The notes: a model not told the origin generated them from the sequence alone. A stretch of 64,000 bases of DNA from an uncultured delta proteobacterium (GCA_963724765.1 CAVRVY010000004.1:704001-768000), one strand, 5' to 3'; shown: positions 15,467 through 26,067, numbered from the stretch's first letter. Numbers and translations are program-made.

Positions 15467-16609
15467 TTAGCTATTCTGACGCGATGAAAAGTGGACTAGA
15501 AAAGTGCTGCCCTCGTTCTTGCGTGTTTGCACGGACACCTTCGCGCCGTTGAGCTCCAGGTAACGCTTCGCCACCGCCAGGCCCAGCCCCGCTCCTTCGA
15601 TCGATCCACCCTTTCTCTGCTCTCGCGAGAAGGGCTCGAAGAGCCGAGAAACAAAACTCGTATCCATACCGATTCCCGTGTCACTCACCTCGAGCGCGAG
15701 CCTGCTTTCGGCGTCTCTGAACAATCGGACCCCGATCGTTCCGCGTTCGGTGAATTTGATCGCATTGCTCAGCAGGTTCGACAGCATGTGAGTGAAGCAG
15801 TAGTCGTCGAATTCCAAAGTGCTCCCCGGAGCCTCGCTGCTCCAATTCAGAGCGAGGCCTTTTTGCTCCGCCAGCAGGTTGTAATCGTCGATGACTCTCT
15901 CGATGAGCGCGGTAGGATCGATCAGGACACGCCTCGCCTCAAAGGCTCCGGCATCTATTCGTGAGAGATCGAGCATCTGGTCGATGATGGAGGTCAAATG
16001 CGAGCCCGCGCGCTTGATCCCCAGGAGCGCCCGACGGTCCTCCACCTTCAGCGCGTCGAGTTGCTTCTCCAGGACCATGGCCCACGTGAGCATGGCCTGA
16101 ACCGGGCCGCGCAGCTCGTGGTTCGCTTCGGCGACCAGCCGCAGCTTCGAGTGCGTGGCTTCCACAGCGGTCTCGTCGTTCTCGAGCCGCGGTTCAGTAA
16201 GGCGCGATTCGGTGATGTCGCGGATAACTTTTGAAAAGCCGATCAGGCTTCCGTTCTCATCCTTGACCGCGGTGGTAACCACGTCAGCCAGAAACATCGA
16301 ACCATCTTTACGCACGCGCCATCCATTATCACGAAAATGCCCGGTGGCGGCGGCTATTTTGAGCGCGCGAATGGGGACCCCGCGTTCCCGGTCAGCCTCG
16401 GTATAAAAGCACGAAAAATGGCGTCCGACGATCTCTGTGGCCTCGTAACCTTGGATCCGCCGCGCCCCCTCGTTCCAGGTAACGATGTGCCCGGCGGGAT
16501 CGAGCACGAATATTGCGTAATCCGCTAGAGCCTCGACTAGCAGGCGAAATTGCCGCTCATGCGAGACCAAGCCCGACGCGGCCATTTGATATCCGTGTCC
16601 GCTAGTCAT
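15467..16609 (-). CDS. PAS sensor histidine kinase
   Basis: PAS (DYAIFVLDPAG..WNEGA..RKDG), NHELRGP H-box, NLLSNAIKFT, GAGLGL. Confidence 0.93.
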   Translation of the reverse strand: MTSGHGYQMAASGLVSHERQFRLLVEALADYAIFVLDPAGHIVTWNEGARRIQGYEATEIVGRHFSCFYTEADRERGVPIRALKIAAATGHFRDNGWRVRKDGSMFLADVVTTAVKDENGSLIGFSKVIRDITESRLTEPRLENDETAVEATHSKLRLVAEANHELRGPVQAMLTWAMVLEKQLDALKVEDRRALLGIKRAGSHLTSIIDQMLDLSRIDAGAFEARRVLIDPTALIERVIDDYNLLAEQKGLALNWSSEAPGSTLEFDDYCFTHMLSNLLSNAIKFTERGTIGVRLFRDAESRLALEVSDTGIGMDTSFVSRLFEPFSREQRKGGSIEGAGLGLAVAKRYLELNGAKVSVQTRKNEGSTFLVHFSSRQNS

Positions 16610-16873
16610 AGGTTTTTTCAGCGTACGAAGGGATTCGTATGAGCGCTAAATTAAGATTAAGGATCGCGTGAGTCAATAAAAATTGGGGTCTTTTGTAATT
16701 TTTTATCAATCTGAAACAATTTCAAATAATAGACTTAAACAAGCTTTTAAGCAAGCTTTTATTAGCTTTACCATCATTCTGCTCTTCCTCAGGTAATTGC
16801 CGTTAAAAAAAAGGCCAAAGCCCCTCCTACGCGGTCGAAGCGGAAGTCATCATCACTTGGCCCATCGGCACGG

Positions 16874-19800
16874 ATGGCAGAGGCCGCGCCGAAATTTGCG
16901 CAATTTCCGATCGTCGGCATTGGCGCGTCGGCCGGCGGATTGGAGGCCTTCTCCCAACTTATCAGCATGCTGCCGGAGAATTGCGGGATCGCCGTAGTGT
17001 TCATCCAGCATCTGGACCCCACCCACGAGAGCATGCTTAGTGAAATTCTTTCCCGCAACACGCAAATTGCGGTGAGCGAGGCTACCGATCAGACCGCGGT
17101 TGAGCCCAATCATGTCTACGTCATTCCGGCCAATGCCGATCTTTCGATACGGCATGGCGAGCTGCAGGTAGGTGCTCGCAGGCCCGGACACACACCCATC
17201 GATTCCTTCCTTCGCGCGCTGGCCGAGGATCGCGCCGACCATGCGATTGGCGTTGTGTTGTCAGGAAACGGCTCAGATGGCGCCCTGGGAATTGCGGCGA
17301 TCAAGTCGGCCGGCGGCCTCACTTTCGCCGAGGATCCACGAGCGGCGAAGTTTGACGGCATGCCGCGGGCCGCGATCGCGCTGGGCGACGTCGATTTTGT
17401 GCTACCGCCTGCGGAGATTGGTCGAACGCTTGCGCTTATGGGCAGGGACCCGCTCGCGCTGCGGCACGCAGTGGAACAGGGAGAACTCCCGGATCGCGAC
17501 GGCCTATGGTCCGTACTAGAGGCGCTGAACCAGGCGACCGGAATCGATCTGTCCTATTACAAGCCGGCCAATCTCAACCGGCGCATTCGACGGCGCATGC
17601 TGCTGGGCCAAATTGCCGAGTTCAAGGATTACGCCAAGCTGCTGACAGACAACCCGGCCGAAGCCTTCGCGCTCAGCTAGGATATCATGATCGGCGTGAC
17701 CTCGTTTTTTCGCGATGGCGCTAACGTGGAGGGTCTCAGCGAATTTGTGTTTCCTCAGTTCCAGTTGTCGCCTGACGAGCCTATCAGGATCTGGGTACCA
17801 GGCTGCGCGACCGGAGAAGAAGCCTATTCGATCGCGATCTGTTTGAGCGAATTCCTGGAAAAACTCGGCCGTGACGATCCGTTTCAAATTTTCGCCACCG
17901 ACATAAACGATAACGCGGTCGAGCGAGCCCGCAGTGGAATTTACTCTTCCTCCATCGCAAGCGATGTATCGCCCGAACGCTTGCGGCGCTTCTTCATTCA
18001 GGTCTCGGGCGGTCACCAGGTTTCCAAGCAAATACGTGAGCACTGTATTTTCGCCGGGCATAATCTCGTAACCGACCCGCCGTTCTCCCGACTCGATCTG
18101 GTGTCCTGCCACAATGTGCTCATCTACCTGCGCCCGGAGATTCAAAGCCGGGTTCTCGCGACCTTCTATCAATCGCTCAAGCCGAACGGATTTCTTGCGC
18201 TCGCCCGCTCGGAGAGCGGGGGCGAACTGTTCTCGCAAATTGCCGAGCCCAAATACGGAATCTTTGCCAAGCGGCCGGAGGCTGTTCGCTTGGATAGCGG
18301 AGCCACTGTCGGAGGCCAGAGCTTTGCCCCAAGCCCGCCGCACCGTGGAGATCCTCCCGCCTCGCCGGCCCACGAGCGTTTGGAGAAGGAATTCGAGCGC
18401 GTCCTCCTCCAACGGTATTCACCGCCCGCAGTGCTGGTCGATGAAAACCTGGAGATTCAACAATTCCGCGGCAGCACCGGCGCCTTTCTTGAGCCTCCGG
18501 CCGGAAAGGCCACTCCCAACCTGATTAAAATGTCCAGGGAGGCTATCCGCACGGAATTGCAGACGTTGCTATATAGCTCCCGTCAACATAACAGACCCGC
18601 GCGTTGCGAAAACTTCGAATTCGACGACCACACCGGTCATCACAGGTCACTGACTATCGAGGCGCTCCCACTTAAGCTCTCGCACGGCGGGCGCCATTTC
18701 CTGGTCACGTTTGAGGAAACAACCGGCGTCCAAAGAGTGCGCGGCGGACGGCGCATTGAAAAAAAAGACGGCCGCAGGAGCGTTACCCGCGAGCATGAAT
18801 TGGCGACTGTGGGCAGTGAACTGGAGCGTGCGAAAGCTCAACTCCATTCCATAATCGAGGACCTTGAAGCCTCGAACCATCAGCTCAAAACCGCCAACGA
18901 GGAAGTCCTATCCACCAATGAGGAACTCCAGAGCATGAACGAGGAGCTCCAGACTTCCAAGGAGGAGTTGCAGTCCACCAATGAGGAACTGACCACGCTC
19001 AACGATGAACTGCAAAACCGCTACGCTGAACTCTCCCAGACTTCATCCGACCTCAACAATATATTGGGTAGCTTGAACGTGCCGATCCTGATCCTCTCGC
19101 GGGATCTGCGGATCAGGCGGTTTACTCCGACCGCGACCAGAGTACTCAATGTCATCGCGAGCGATATTGGGCGCCCAATCGGCGACATTACGTTGAATAT
19201 CCATTTGACCGGACTCGAATCGATGGTGGTCGATTCCATCGACAGCATCAGTGTCAGGGAATGCGAGGTTCAAGACCGCGAAGGGCACTGGTATGCAGTG
19301 CGAATCCGTCCCTACCGCACCCTGGATGACCGGATCGATGGCGCGGTCCTGGTAATGATCGATATTGATGATATCAAACGCAGCCTGGAACAGGCGCAGG
19401 CGGCGCGAGACTATGCCGAAGCCATTGTCGAGACGGTAGGCCAGCCGCTTCTGGTGCTTGACGCAGCCTTGACGGTGCGCACGGCCAACCACGCCTTCTG
19501 CGAGGTGTTTCAAACCACGACAGCCGAAATCGAAGGCCAGCGCATATCGCACGCGCAGGGCGGAGCATGGAACCTGCGGCCCTTGATGGAAACGCTCGCG
19601 AACGTGCGCAGCCAAGGGCAGCGCGTCGAAGATCTCGAGCTCGTTTGTCAATCGCCCCGCATGGGCGAACGGCAATTGCTGATCAGCGTTCGCCGCCTGG
19701 AGCAGGATCCATTGAGCGATCCGCTCATCCTGCTGGCGATCGAAGACGTCACGTTACGTCAGAGCGAAGCGCGGTTTCGATTGACCTTCGAACAGGCGGC

Positions 19801-21334
19801 GGTTGGCATGGCCTTGATCGACCCCGGCGGCCGCTGGCTCCGGCTCAACGAAAAACTCTGCGCGATTATTGGCTACTCGCGCGAAGAGCTGCTCAGCCGC
19901 ACGATCGACAACGTTATATATCCCGATGACCTCCCGTCGCATAGCCAGGAGATGGATAGACTACTGTCGGGCGAAAGCCGAGCCGCCCTGCGCGAAGAAC
20001 GCTACCTCCGCAAGGACGGTGCGATGGTCTGGGTCGAATCGGCGATCGTGTTGATGCGTGGGACGACGCGCGAAACTGGCTATTCTATTCTCGTGATGGT
20101 CGACATAACCGAGCGGAAGCGCGCTCAACAGAAGCTGGACGAACTGCTGGCCCTCGAACAGGCCGAGCGTCACGATGCCGAGCAGGCCAGGACCGAAGCC
20201 GAAGCAGCTAATCGCGCCAAAGATCATTTCCTGGCGATGGTATCTCATGAACTGAGATCGCCGCTCCAGGGTATCGTAGGGCGAGTGGAAATCATCCGGC
20301 GCGGAGTTGATTGCGAGCAATTGGAACAGGCCTTGTCCGCGATTGACCGTGGGGTGGAGAAGCAGGTCAGACTGGTCAAAGACCTGCTCGATATTTCGAG
20401 TATCGTCAGCGGCAGGGTCCAGATTGAGCATCGACTGGTGAGTCCCGTCCGGGTTGCGCAGCGCGCGGTCCAGGCCGCGACGCTGGCGGCTAAAGCGAAG
20501 CGGCTGGAGCTTAGCGCTGACTTACCCGACTGTGGCAATGTGCTCGGCGACGAAGATCGTCTGGAACAGGTTTTTAGCAATCTTTTGAGCAATGCGATCG
20601 AGTTCACACCAGAAGGCGGCACAATCAAGATGCAATGCGCATCCGCCGATGGCCATTTTGCGATCCGGATTCAGGATGATGGCGAGGGCATCGCGCCGGA
20701 GTTTATATCGAAAGTCTTTGACCGTTTCAGTCAGGCTGATCCTACCATCTCACGCCGCCACGGCGGCTTGGGGCTGGGACTCGCCATCGCCCGTACCTTG
20801 GTCGAACTGCACGGCGGGACAATCGAAGCGGCCAGTCCGGGGGTGGCCAAGGGCACGAGCATCACGGTAAAATTGCCGCTGGCGCCCGAACCCCTTAATG
20901 CGGTCGAAATGGATGGGAAGCCTGATTCGCCGAGCGAACCCGCGGACCTCCGCGAATTAGAGGTACTGCTCGTGGAGGACGACGCGGATTTGTTGGAAGC
21001 TCTGGCGGTCACCTTCCAGAGCGCGTCCGCCAGGGTGCGCATAGCGCGTTCGGCTGCGGAGGCGCTAGCCGTATTCGGCGAAAAGACTCCAGACGTGTTG
21101 ATAAGCGACATTGCGATGCCAGACCATGACGGACTTTACCTGGTTACTGAGATTCGCAAACTCCACGGCAAGGAAACTCCCGCCATCGCACTGACCGGGC
21201 TTGCCAGCGGCGTCGACCGACACGCCATCATGACCGCCGGCTTTGACGAATGCGTAAATAAGCCTACGTCGCCGCGGAAGCTTATCGAATTGGTAGCTTC
21301 ACTGGTGGGAAGACGCCGGCATCTGGCTGGATAA
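16874..21334 (+). pseudogene. CheB/CheR-PAS-histidine kinase-REC fusion interrupted by in-frame TAG (17678-17680)
   Basis: CheB motifs GASAGG/QHL/GSDG; the same frame continues after TAG into DIMIGVTSFFRD, GCATGEEAYS, a NEELQS coil, PAS domains, SHELRSPL and REC. Confidence 0.88.
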
Positions 21335-21508
21335 TCTCCTCCGCACTTTGCCGAAATCGGCAACAAATTCCATATTGGTCGATTTCTTTCCGGCCTTTTC
21401 CGAATCATATCTTAACCGCTCAATTGCCGCATGGGGTCCTGATTTGTAATTTTTCGCTCCTTCCAAGACCCACTTACGAATAGCTGGCGCCGCTGGCCAC
21501 TTTCAATC

Positions 21509-21524
21509 TGGCATGACAATTGAA
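21509..21524 (+). promoter_or_regulatory. Possible sigma-54 promoter (-12 GA variant)
   Basis: TGGCATGACAATTGAA upstream of ATG 21580. Confidence 0.4.
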
Positions 21525-21579
21525 GAGCTTGCTTCTTGTGATTGAGTCTACTGTCGACTACGCAAAGGAAACCAGACAC

Positions 21580-21927
21580 ATGAAAGTACACAAGATAGCT
21601 GCGGTCGCGGCAAGCGCGATACTGCTCGCGTTAGCTGGGTGCACCAAGCAAAACGTTTTAACCCATAAACTCGTAGCCACGGGCGGCGAGCATTCGGTAG
21701 CCCTCTATCCCGATGAAGCGACCTTCCTCAAGGTTTCGCATAAGGCACAACAAGGCGGAGTGAGCGGCATGGTGGGTAACGCGCAGGAGGACCTATCGGC
21801 AAAGAAGATCGAGGATCAGACTCCGGTCAACATCATCTCAAGTGATAGCAATGGTACCGAAGTCGAGATCGTTGAGGGTCCAATGAAAGGCACGGCGGGC
21901 TTCGTCGCGAGTCAGAACGTAAACTGA
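21580..21927 (+). CDS. Lipoprotein of unknown function
   Basis: AAGGA RBS; MKVHKIAAVAASAILLALAG-C lipobox. Confidence 0.75.
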   Translation: MKVHKIAAVAASAILLALAGCTKQNVLTHKLVATGGEHSVALYPDEATFLKVSHKAQQGGVSGMVGNAQEDLSAKKIEDQTPVNIISSDSNGTEVEIVEGPMKGTAGFVASQNVN

Positions 21928-22042
21928 TGCGGAACCGGCGGCATAGCGTCTGTGGTAATAAGCGACTTGTACTATTTGCATCGCTTGAAGTGTTATCAGC
22001 TTATCTGATCATCAGAAGGTGCGAGACAAGGCTACATTCTGC

Positions 22043-22058
22043 TGGCATGCCTGATGCG
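22043..22058 (+). promoter_or_regulatory. Putative sigma-54 promoter
   Basis: TGGCATGCCTGATGCG upstream of the DUF3309 gene. Confidence 0.65.
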
Positions 22059-22113
22059 ACGCCTTCTCACGACATCACATCAGCACATCACGCAATGATA
22101 GCGGGGATATACC

Positions 22114-22269
22114 ATGGCCAGAACTGTCTTAATCGTAATACTGATTCTCTTGCTACTCGGAGCACTGCCTGCTTGGCCTTATAGTGCAGGTTGGGGATAC
22201 TATCCCGCGGGAGGGTTAGGTGGGATCATCATACTTTTAATCATTCTCGCGCTGTTGGGTGTCATTTGA
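22114..22269 (+). CDS. DUF3309 family small membrane protein (51 aa, absent from the ORF track)
   Basis: Hand translation MARTVLIVILILLLLGALPAWPYSAGWGYYPAGGLGGIIILLIILALLGVI; GGGG RBS. Confidence 0.9.
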   Translation: MARTVLIVILILLLLGALPAWPYSAGWGYYPAGGLGGIIILLIILALLGVI

Positions 22270-22308
22270 GCGGTTCGACTGATGCGCGCGAAGTCGCTCA
22301 GACATGGC

Positions 22309-22324
22309 TGGCATACTGATTGCG
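22309..22324 (+). promoter_or_regulatory. Putative sigma-54 promoter
   Basis: TGGCATACTGATTGCG upstream of ATG 22373. Confidence 0.75.
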
Positions 22325-22372
22325 TCTTAATGATAATGATCACGAAGTTCATGATGAGGAGGAATATTTAAC

Positions 22373-22831
22373 ATGCGATGCTACAAACGCGCATCGGGTT
22401 TTATTGTCGGCGGCGCTCTCACAATCGCGCTTAGCGCGTTCGCTCCACTTGTTTATGCACAAGGCGCAGCAGGCGGCGGTGCTGGTGGCGGTGGTGCTGG
22501 TGCGGCTGGAGGGGCAATGGGTGGCGGCGGAGGTGCTGCCGGTGGCACGGGCAGCGGAACCATGGGGATGGGTGGAGGTGCAAACACCGGGACTGGCGCA
22601 ACTTCGCCCGGTAGCGGCGCTGTCCCGTCCACCGGCAACCCGGGTTCGGCCGCCGAGGGCTTTACAGGAAATGCCCCGACTACTTCAGCCCCAGGCGCTC
22701 CGACTGGTCCGGGCGCTGGCGGTTCCGGCATGGGCAGCATGAGAAGCAATCCGATCAACCCGTCCGGTCCGACGAATCCGAGCAATCCGGAATCCGGATC
22801 GTCGGCCGGTTCGAGCAGCAATAACCAATAG
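22373..22831 (+). CDS. Secreted Gly/Ala/Ser/Pro-rich low-complexity protein
   Basis: GAGGAGG RBS; signal peptide ending VYA-Q; disordered mature part. Confidence 0.75.
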   Translation: MRCYKRASGFIVGGALTIALSAFAPLVYAQGAAGGGAGGGGAGAAGGAMGGGGGAAGGTGSGTMGMGGGANTGTGATSPGSGAVPSTGNPGSAAEGFTGNAPTTSAPGAPTGPGAGGSGMGSMRSNPINPSGPTNPSNPESGSSAGSSSNNQ

Positions 22832-22879
22832 TTTGTTCGGTCAACCACTACAACGCAGGTAAGTCAGATTACTTTAGTA

Positions 22880-22965
22880 CGCCGGCGACATTTGCTGAGA
22901 CCCTCAACCATTGTCTATCCGACTCCCCCCCGGAGAGAGTGGCAGGTCAGGCATTGTCGCCGGCG
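22880..22965. other. Long-range inverted repeat / structured 3' element
   Basis: cgccggcgaca (22880-22890) and tgtcgccggcg (22955-22965), perfect 11 bp. Confidence 0.5.
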
Positions 22966-23027
22966 ATTTCTCGGCCACGAAGTGAACAGTCAGATATCTG
23001 TGGTCGCACTTTCATAAGGGAATAACA

Positions 23028-23216
23028 ATGCATAGCCAGAAATTGCTCGTTTTGCTCGCCGCGCTATTTTTATTCTCCGGTTGCTGTGACCTGCTGGGAA
23101 TCTGCACGTCGGCCTCCATCCACACATCGATTTCCGCTCCAGACCAGAATGCGCTACAGGACAACCCTCCAGTGGTTCAGATCGCGCGCCGATCACTACA
23201 GAACTACGCACGGTGA
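23028..23216 (+). CDS. Small lipoprotein
   Basis: AAGGGA RBS; lipobox LFSG-C followed by CDLLGIC. Confidence 0.6.
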   Translation: MHSQKLLVLLAALFLFSGCCDLLGICTSASIHTSISAPDQNALQDNPPVVQIARRSLQNYAR

Positions 23217-23283
23217 CATTTCAGTCTAGCCCTTGTGTCGGCGTATTAAGTCGACTGGGCACTTTGTGCTGGCAGGGGAATCT

Positions 23284-23772
23284 TTAGGGGTTTCCCGCTT
23301 CTTGGGGCTGATTTGACGTCGCTGGCGGCTTGGACACTTTGACTGGAGCCACGCCCTTGTGGGTGATGCCGATTTTTTCGGCGGCATGTTGAGAGAGATC
23401 GAGACTGCGGCCCGGAACGAAAGGGCCGCGGTCGTTGATTCGCACCTTTACTGCTTTTCCGTTTTCGGGGTTGGTAACCTTGACTACCGAGCCGATCGGG
23501 AGAGTCTTGGAAGCTGCGGTCAGTGCCTTCGGGTTGTAGGCTTCACCGCTGGTTGTCTTTTTGCCGGCCATACCCGGCCCATACCAGGATGCCTTAGCGA
23601 GATGGCTGACCGGAGTTGACGATGCGATCGGCCGGATCGGTTGTGCGACGATTGGCGCGGCCGGCGGTGCGGGTTCCGGGACGGATTGGGGAGCGCATGA
23701 TAGATAGATTGTCGAAGCTATTCCGACGACCATCGTGCTCAAGATTCGGGGCGCTAGGCTTCGGGTAAACAT
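23284..23772 (-). CDS. rlpA: RlpA family septal-ring lytic transglycosylase (DPBB)
   Basis: ASWYG..TTSGE..LTAASKTLP..VRINDRGPF..LDLS; start taken at MFTRSL. Confidence 0.88.
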   Translation of the reverse strand: MFTRSLAPRILSTMVVGIASTIYLSCAPQSVPEPAPPAAPIVAQPIRPIASSTPVSHLAKASWYGPGMAGKKTTSGEAYNPKALTAASKTLPIGSVVKVTNPENGKAVKVRINDRGPFVPGRSLDLSQHAAEKIGITHKGVAPVKVSKPPATSNQPQEAGNP

Positions 23773-23792
23773 CAATCTTGCGCGCTCCGCAA

Positions 23793-23987
23793 TTACCTTA
23801 GCGGCGGGATACGTATAGGGATGTGCCCTACCAGCCCGAACACCTGTAAAACCCAGATCAATACAACTACGAACACCACTACGTTTAAAAGACTCTTGAT
23901 TCCGCCTGCCATCGGGACATAGGTATTCAGCAGCCACATTATCAACCCGACCACAATCAGCACTAGGACTATGTCGATTAAAGTCAT
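23793..23987 (-). CDS. Thivi_2564-like small membrane protein
   Basis: LIVVGLIMWLLNTYVPMAGGIKSLLNVVV..WVLQVFGL two-TM pattern. Confidence 0.8.
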   Translation of the reverse strand: MTLIDIVLVLIVVGLIMWLLNTYVPMAGGIKSLLNVVVFVVVLIWVLQVFGLVGHIPIRIPPLR

Positions 23988-24048
23988 ACTGTTATTAAGC
24001 CTTTGGCTGGTAACTTGACTGCCAGGATTTCCGAGCCCAGGTTCAAGT

Positions 24049-24300
24049 CTATCCTGCTATATAGTCACCGTTGTCGTCGCGAGTCAGTTCGGACAATCGT
24101 CGCTCGATTGCATCGACGGCTTGCTTCAGCGCAGTGATCATTTGGCCACTTGACGGCCCACCCCACAGCGCATCACCTCGAGCGAATGAAATCTCATTCT
24201 TAAGCCGTATCCTCTCCCATTGGCAGTACATAAGCGGCATGCTGGCGATTTTCTCGATTTCAGGGATCGCCACTTGTTGCGTTGCATTTAGCTCCCTCAT
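24049..24300 (-). CDS. Hypothetical protein
   Basis: ORF from MRELNATQQ with GAGG upstream, directly after a sigma-54 motif. Confidence 0.5.
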   Translation of the reverse strand: MRELNATQQVAIPEIEKIASMPLMYCQWERIRLKNEISFARGDALWGGPSSGQMITALKQAVDAIERRLSELTRDDNGDYIAG

Positions 24301-24340
24301 GTTATTGCCTCGCAATTCCTTCATAAGGAGGAAAAGAACA

Positions 24341-24356
24341 AGCAAACCCCATGCCC
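24341..24356 (-). promoter_or_regulatory. Putative sigma-54 promoter
   Basis: Minus strand GGGCATGGGGTTTGCT. Confidence 0.6.
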
Positions 24357-24531
24357 CGAGAGCCAACCCGGAAAATGCGTATGCTAATAACGGAAAAACT
24401 GACGCTCTATGATATCGGACTAGGCCTGTCGGTATTTTTTGCAGAGAACCGCAGAATTCTGACATTGCCGGTTGCGCTTGTTCCGCGGGGCCCGTATTGC
24501 TCCGAAGTGGCCAGATCTAAAAAGAGAATCT

Positions 24532-26028
24532 TCACTGAACGGGTGTCGGAGTTGCTCTCGGTGTCCGAACGGGCTTCGGCGGCGGAGTCGGAGTTGTGCT
24601 CGGTGCTCGAACGGGGGTCGGCGGCGGAGTCGTGCTCGGTGCTGGAACGGGGCTGGGCGGTGTCGGAGTTGTGCTCGGTGTTAGCGGTGTTGGAGTTGGG
24701 CTCGAAGCGGACGGCGTTGGAGTTGGGCTCGGTGTTGACGGTGTTGGAGTTGGGCTCGGCGTTGGAGCGGGGGTCGGCCGGATCCAGGCGGCCCCCGCAG
24801 GTACCCAGATTAGAGTCGCTGTTTGTCCTGCACAGGATTGGGCCATTTCACCAGTGGCTTTGAACTTCCCGCTCGCCGGGTCGTAAAGCTCAGCGCTGGC
24901 AAGTGATTTTGAGGTTGGGGTCCATCCGCCTGCGATCAGCACCCTGCCATCGGGCAGCAGCGTCGCGGAGTGTCCAAAGCGACTGACGCTCATGTGCACT
25001 GTTGTCACAAACCGCTGAGTGACTGGATCGTATATCACCGCTGAATTGTCGTCGTGTCCGCCGGCGATCAGCACGCGGCCATTCTTGAGCAACGTGGCTG
25101 TGTGACCGGCGCGGCTCACCTTCATCTTTGGCCCGGCTCTAAATGCCCCGGTCTTCTGGTCGTATAGTTCTGTGGTGTCTAGCGCTGAGCTCCTCGCATA
25201 TGGACTGCCGCCGACAATGATGACGCGCCCGTCAGGCAGCAGGGTGGCCGTGTGGTAGATGCGGTTCTGACGCATCCTGCCAGTCGGAGTGAACTTGGCG
25301 GTGGCCGGATCATAAAGTTCGGCCGGGCGCGGTCCGCCGCCGCAGATTAGAACCTTGCCATTGCGCAGTAGCGTCGCGGTTTGTCCATAGCGGCTCTCGG
25401 CCATCTCGCCAGTCGCGGCGAAGGTATGTTTTTTTGGATCATACAGTTCCGCGACGCTGTCACCGCCTCCCACGACCAGCACTTTGCCGTTCCTTAGCAG
25501 GGTAGCCGTGGGTTCGTCTCGCGGCGTTATCATTCTGGCCGTCGTGCTGAAATGTCCGTCGCGGGAATTCAGGATCTCAGCCGAGGAAAGAATCCATGGC
25601 ATCGCCGGACCGGGAAACGACACCAGGGGCACGAGCACCGTGTCGACCCCGCCGACAATCAGTACCTTGCCATCGGGCAGGATCGCTGCGGCGTGGCGGT
25701 CCCGATGCGCCGTCATTGGCTTGGCGAGTACGAATTTGCCGGCGGTGGGATCGTAAATTTGCGCGGTGTCCAGAACCGCCGGGCTCTCGCCGGTCGGAGC
25801 GTTTACCGTTCCCGTGCCGCCCGCGATCAAGACCACCGGTCTGAGGGTTGGGGTCGGTTTAGGCGTAGGGGTGGCCGGCGTAGGCGACGGGGTGGGCCTT
25901 CGCGCATGCCGCGCATGCCTCTTATGACGTGCCGCGTTGGCGCCTGAGATCGGGATCGCGAGTAGCACTGCCGCCGCGGCGAGAGACACCAGCCAAAGCA
26001 TGAGATTCGACCTGGCCGTGGCAGTCAT
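24532..26028 (-). CDS. Secreted Kelch-repeat beta-propeller protein with Pro/Thr-rich tails
   Basis: Signal peptide; repeated R..HTATLL.DG.VLI.GG...AELYDP; (PT)n linker and C-terminal tail. Confidence 0.9.
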   Translation of the reverse strand: MTATARSNLMLWLVSLAAAAVLLAIPISGANAARHKRHARHARRPTPSPTPATPTPKPTPTLRPVVLIAGGTGTVNAPTGESPAVLDTAQIYDPTAGKFVLAKPMTAHRDRHAAAILPDGKVLIVGGVDTVLVPLVSFPGPAMPWILSSAEILNSRDGHFSTTARMITPRDEPTATLLRNGKVLVVGGGDSVAELYDPKKHTFAATGEMAESRYGQTATLLRNGKVLICGGGPRPAELYDPATAKFTPTGRMRQNRIYHTATLLPDGRVIIVGGSPYARSSALDTTELYDQKTGAFRAGPKMKVSRAGHTATLLKNGRVLIAGGHDDNSAVIYDPVTQRFVTTVHMSVSRFGHSATLLPDGRVLIAGGWTPTSKSLASAELYDPASGKFKATGEMAQSCAGQTATLIWVPAGAAWIRPTPAPTPSPTPTPSTPSPTPTPSASSPTPTPLTPSTTPTPPSPVPAPSTTPPPTPVRAPSTTPTPPPKPVRTPRATPTPVQ

Positions 26029-26067
26029 TTCTTTGCTCCGCGATGCGTCGTCGCACGCGGCCCATCG

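Noticed and set aside
17678-17680. Pyrrolysine or amber recoding
   Set aside because: No pyl genes in the window, and TAG ends other genes normally (e.g. 22829-22831, 35234-35236).
18880-19020. Repeating AAYGARGARCT units
   Set aside because: NEELQS heptad coiled coil typical of CheB/CheR fusions.
24540-24780. Short GGAGTTG(T/G)GCTCG-type repeats
   Set aside because: They encode the Pro/Thr tail of the Kelch protein on the minus strand.
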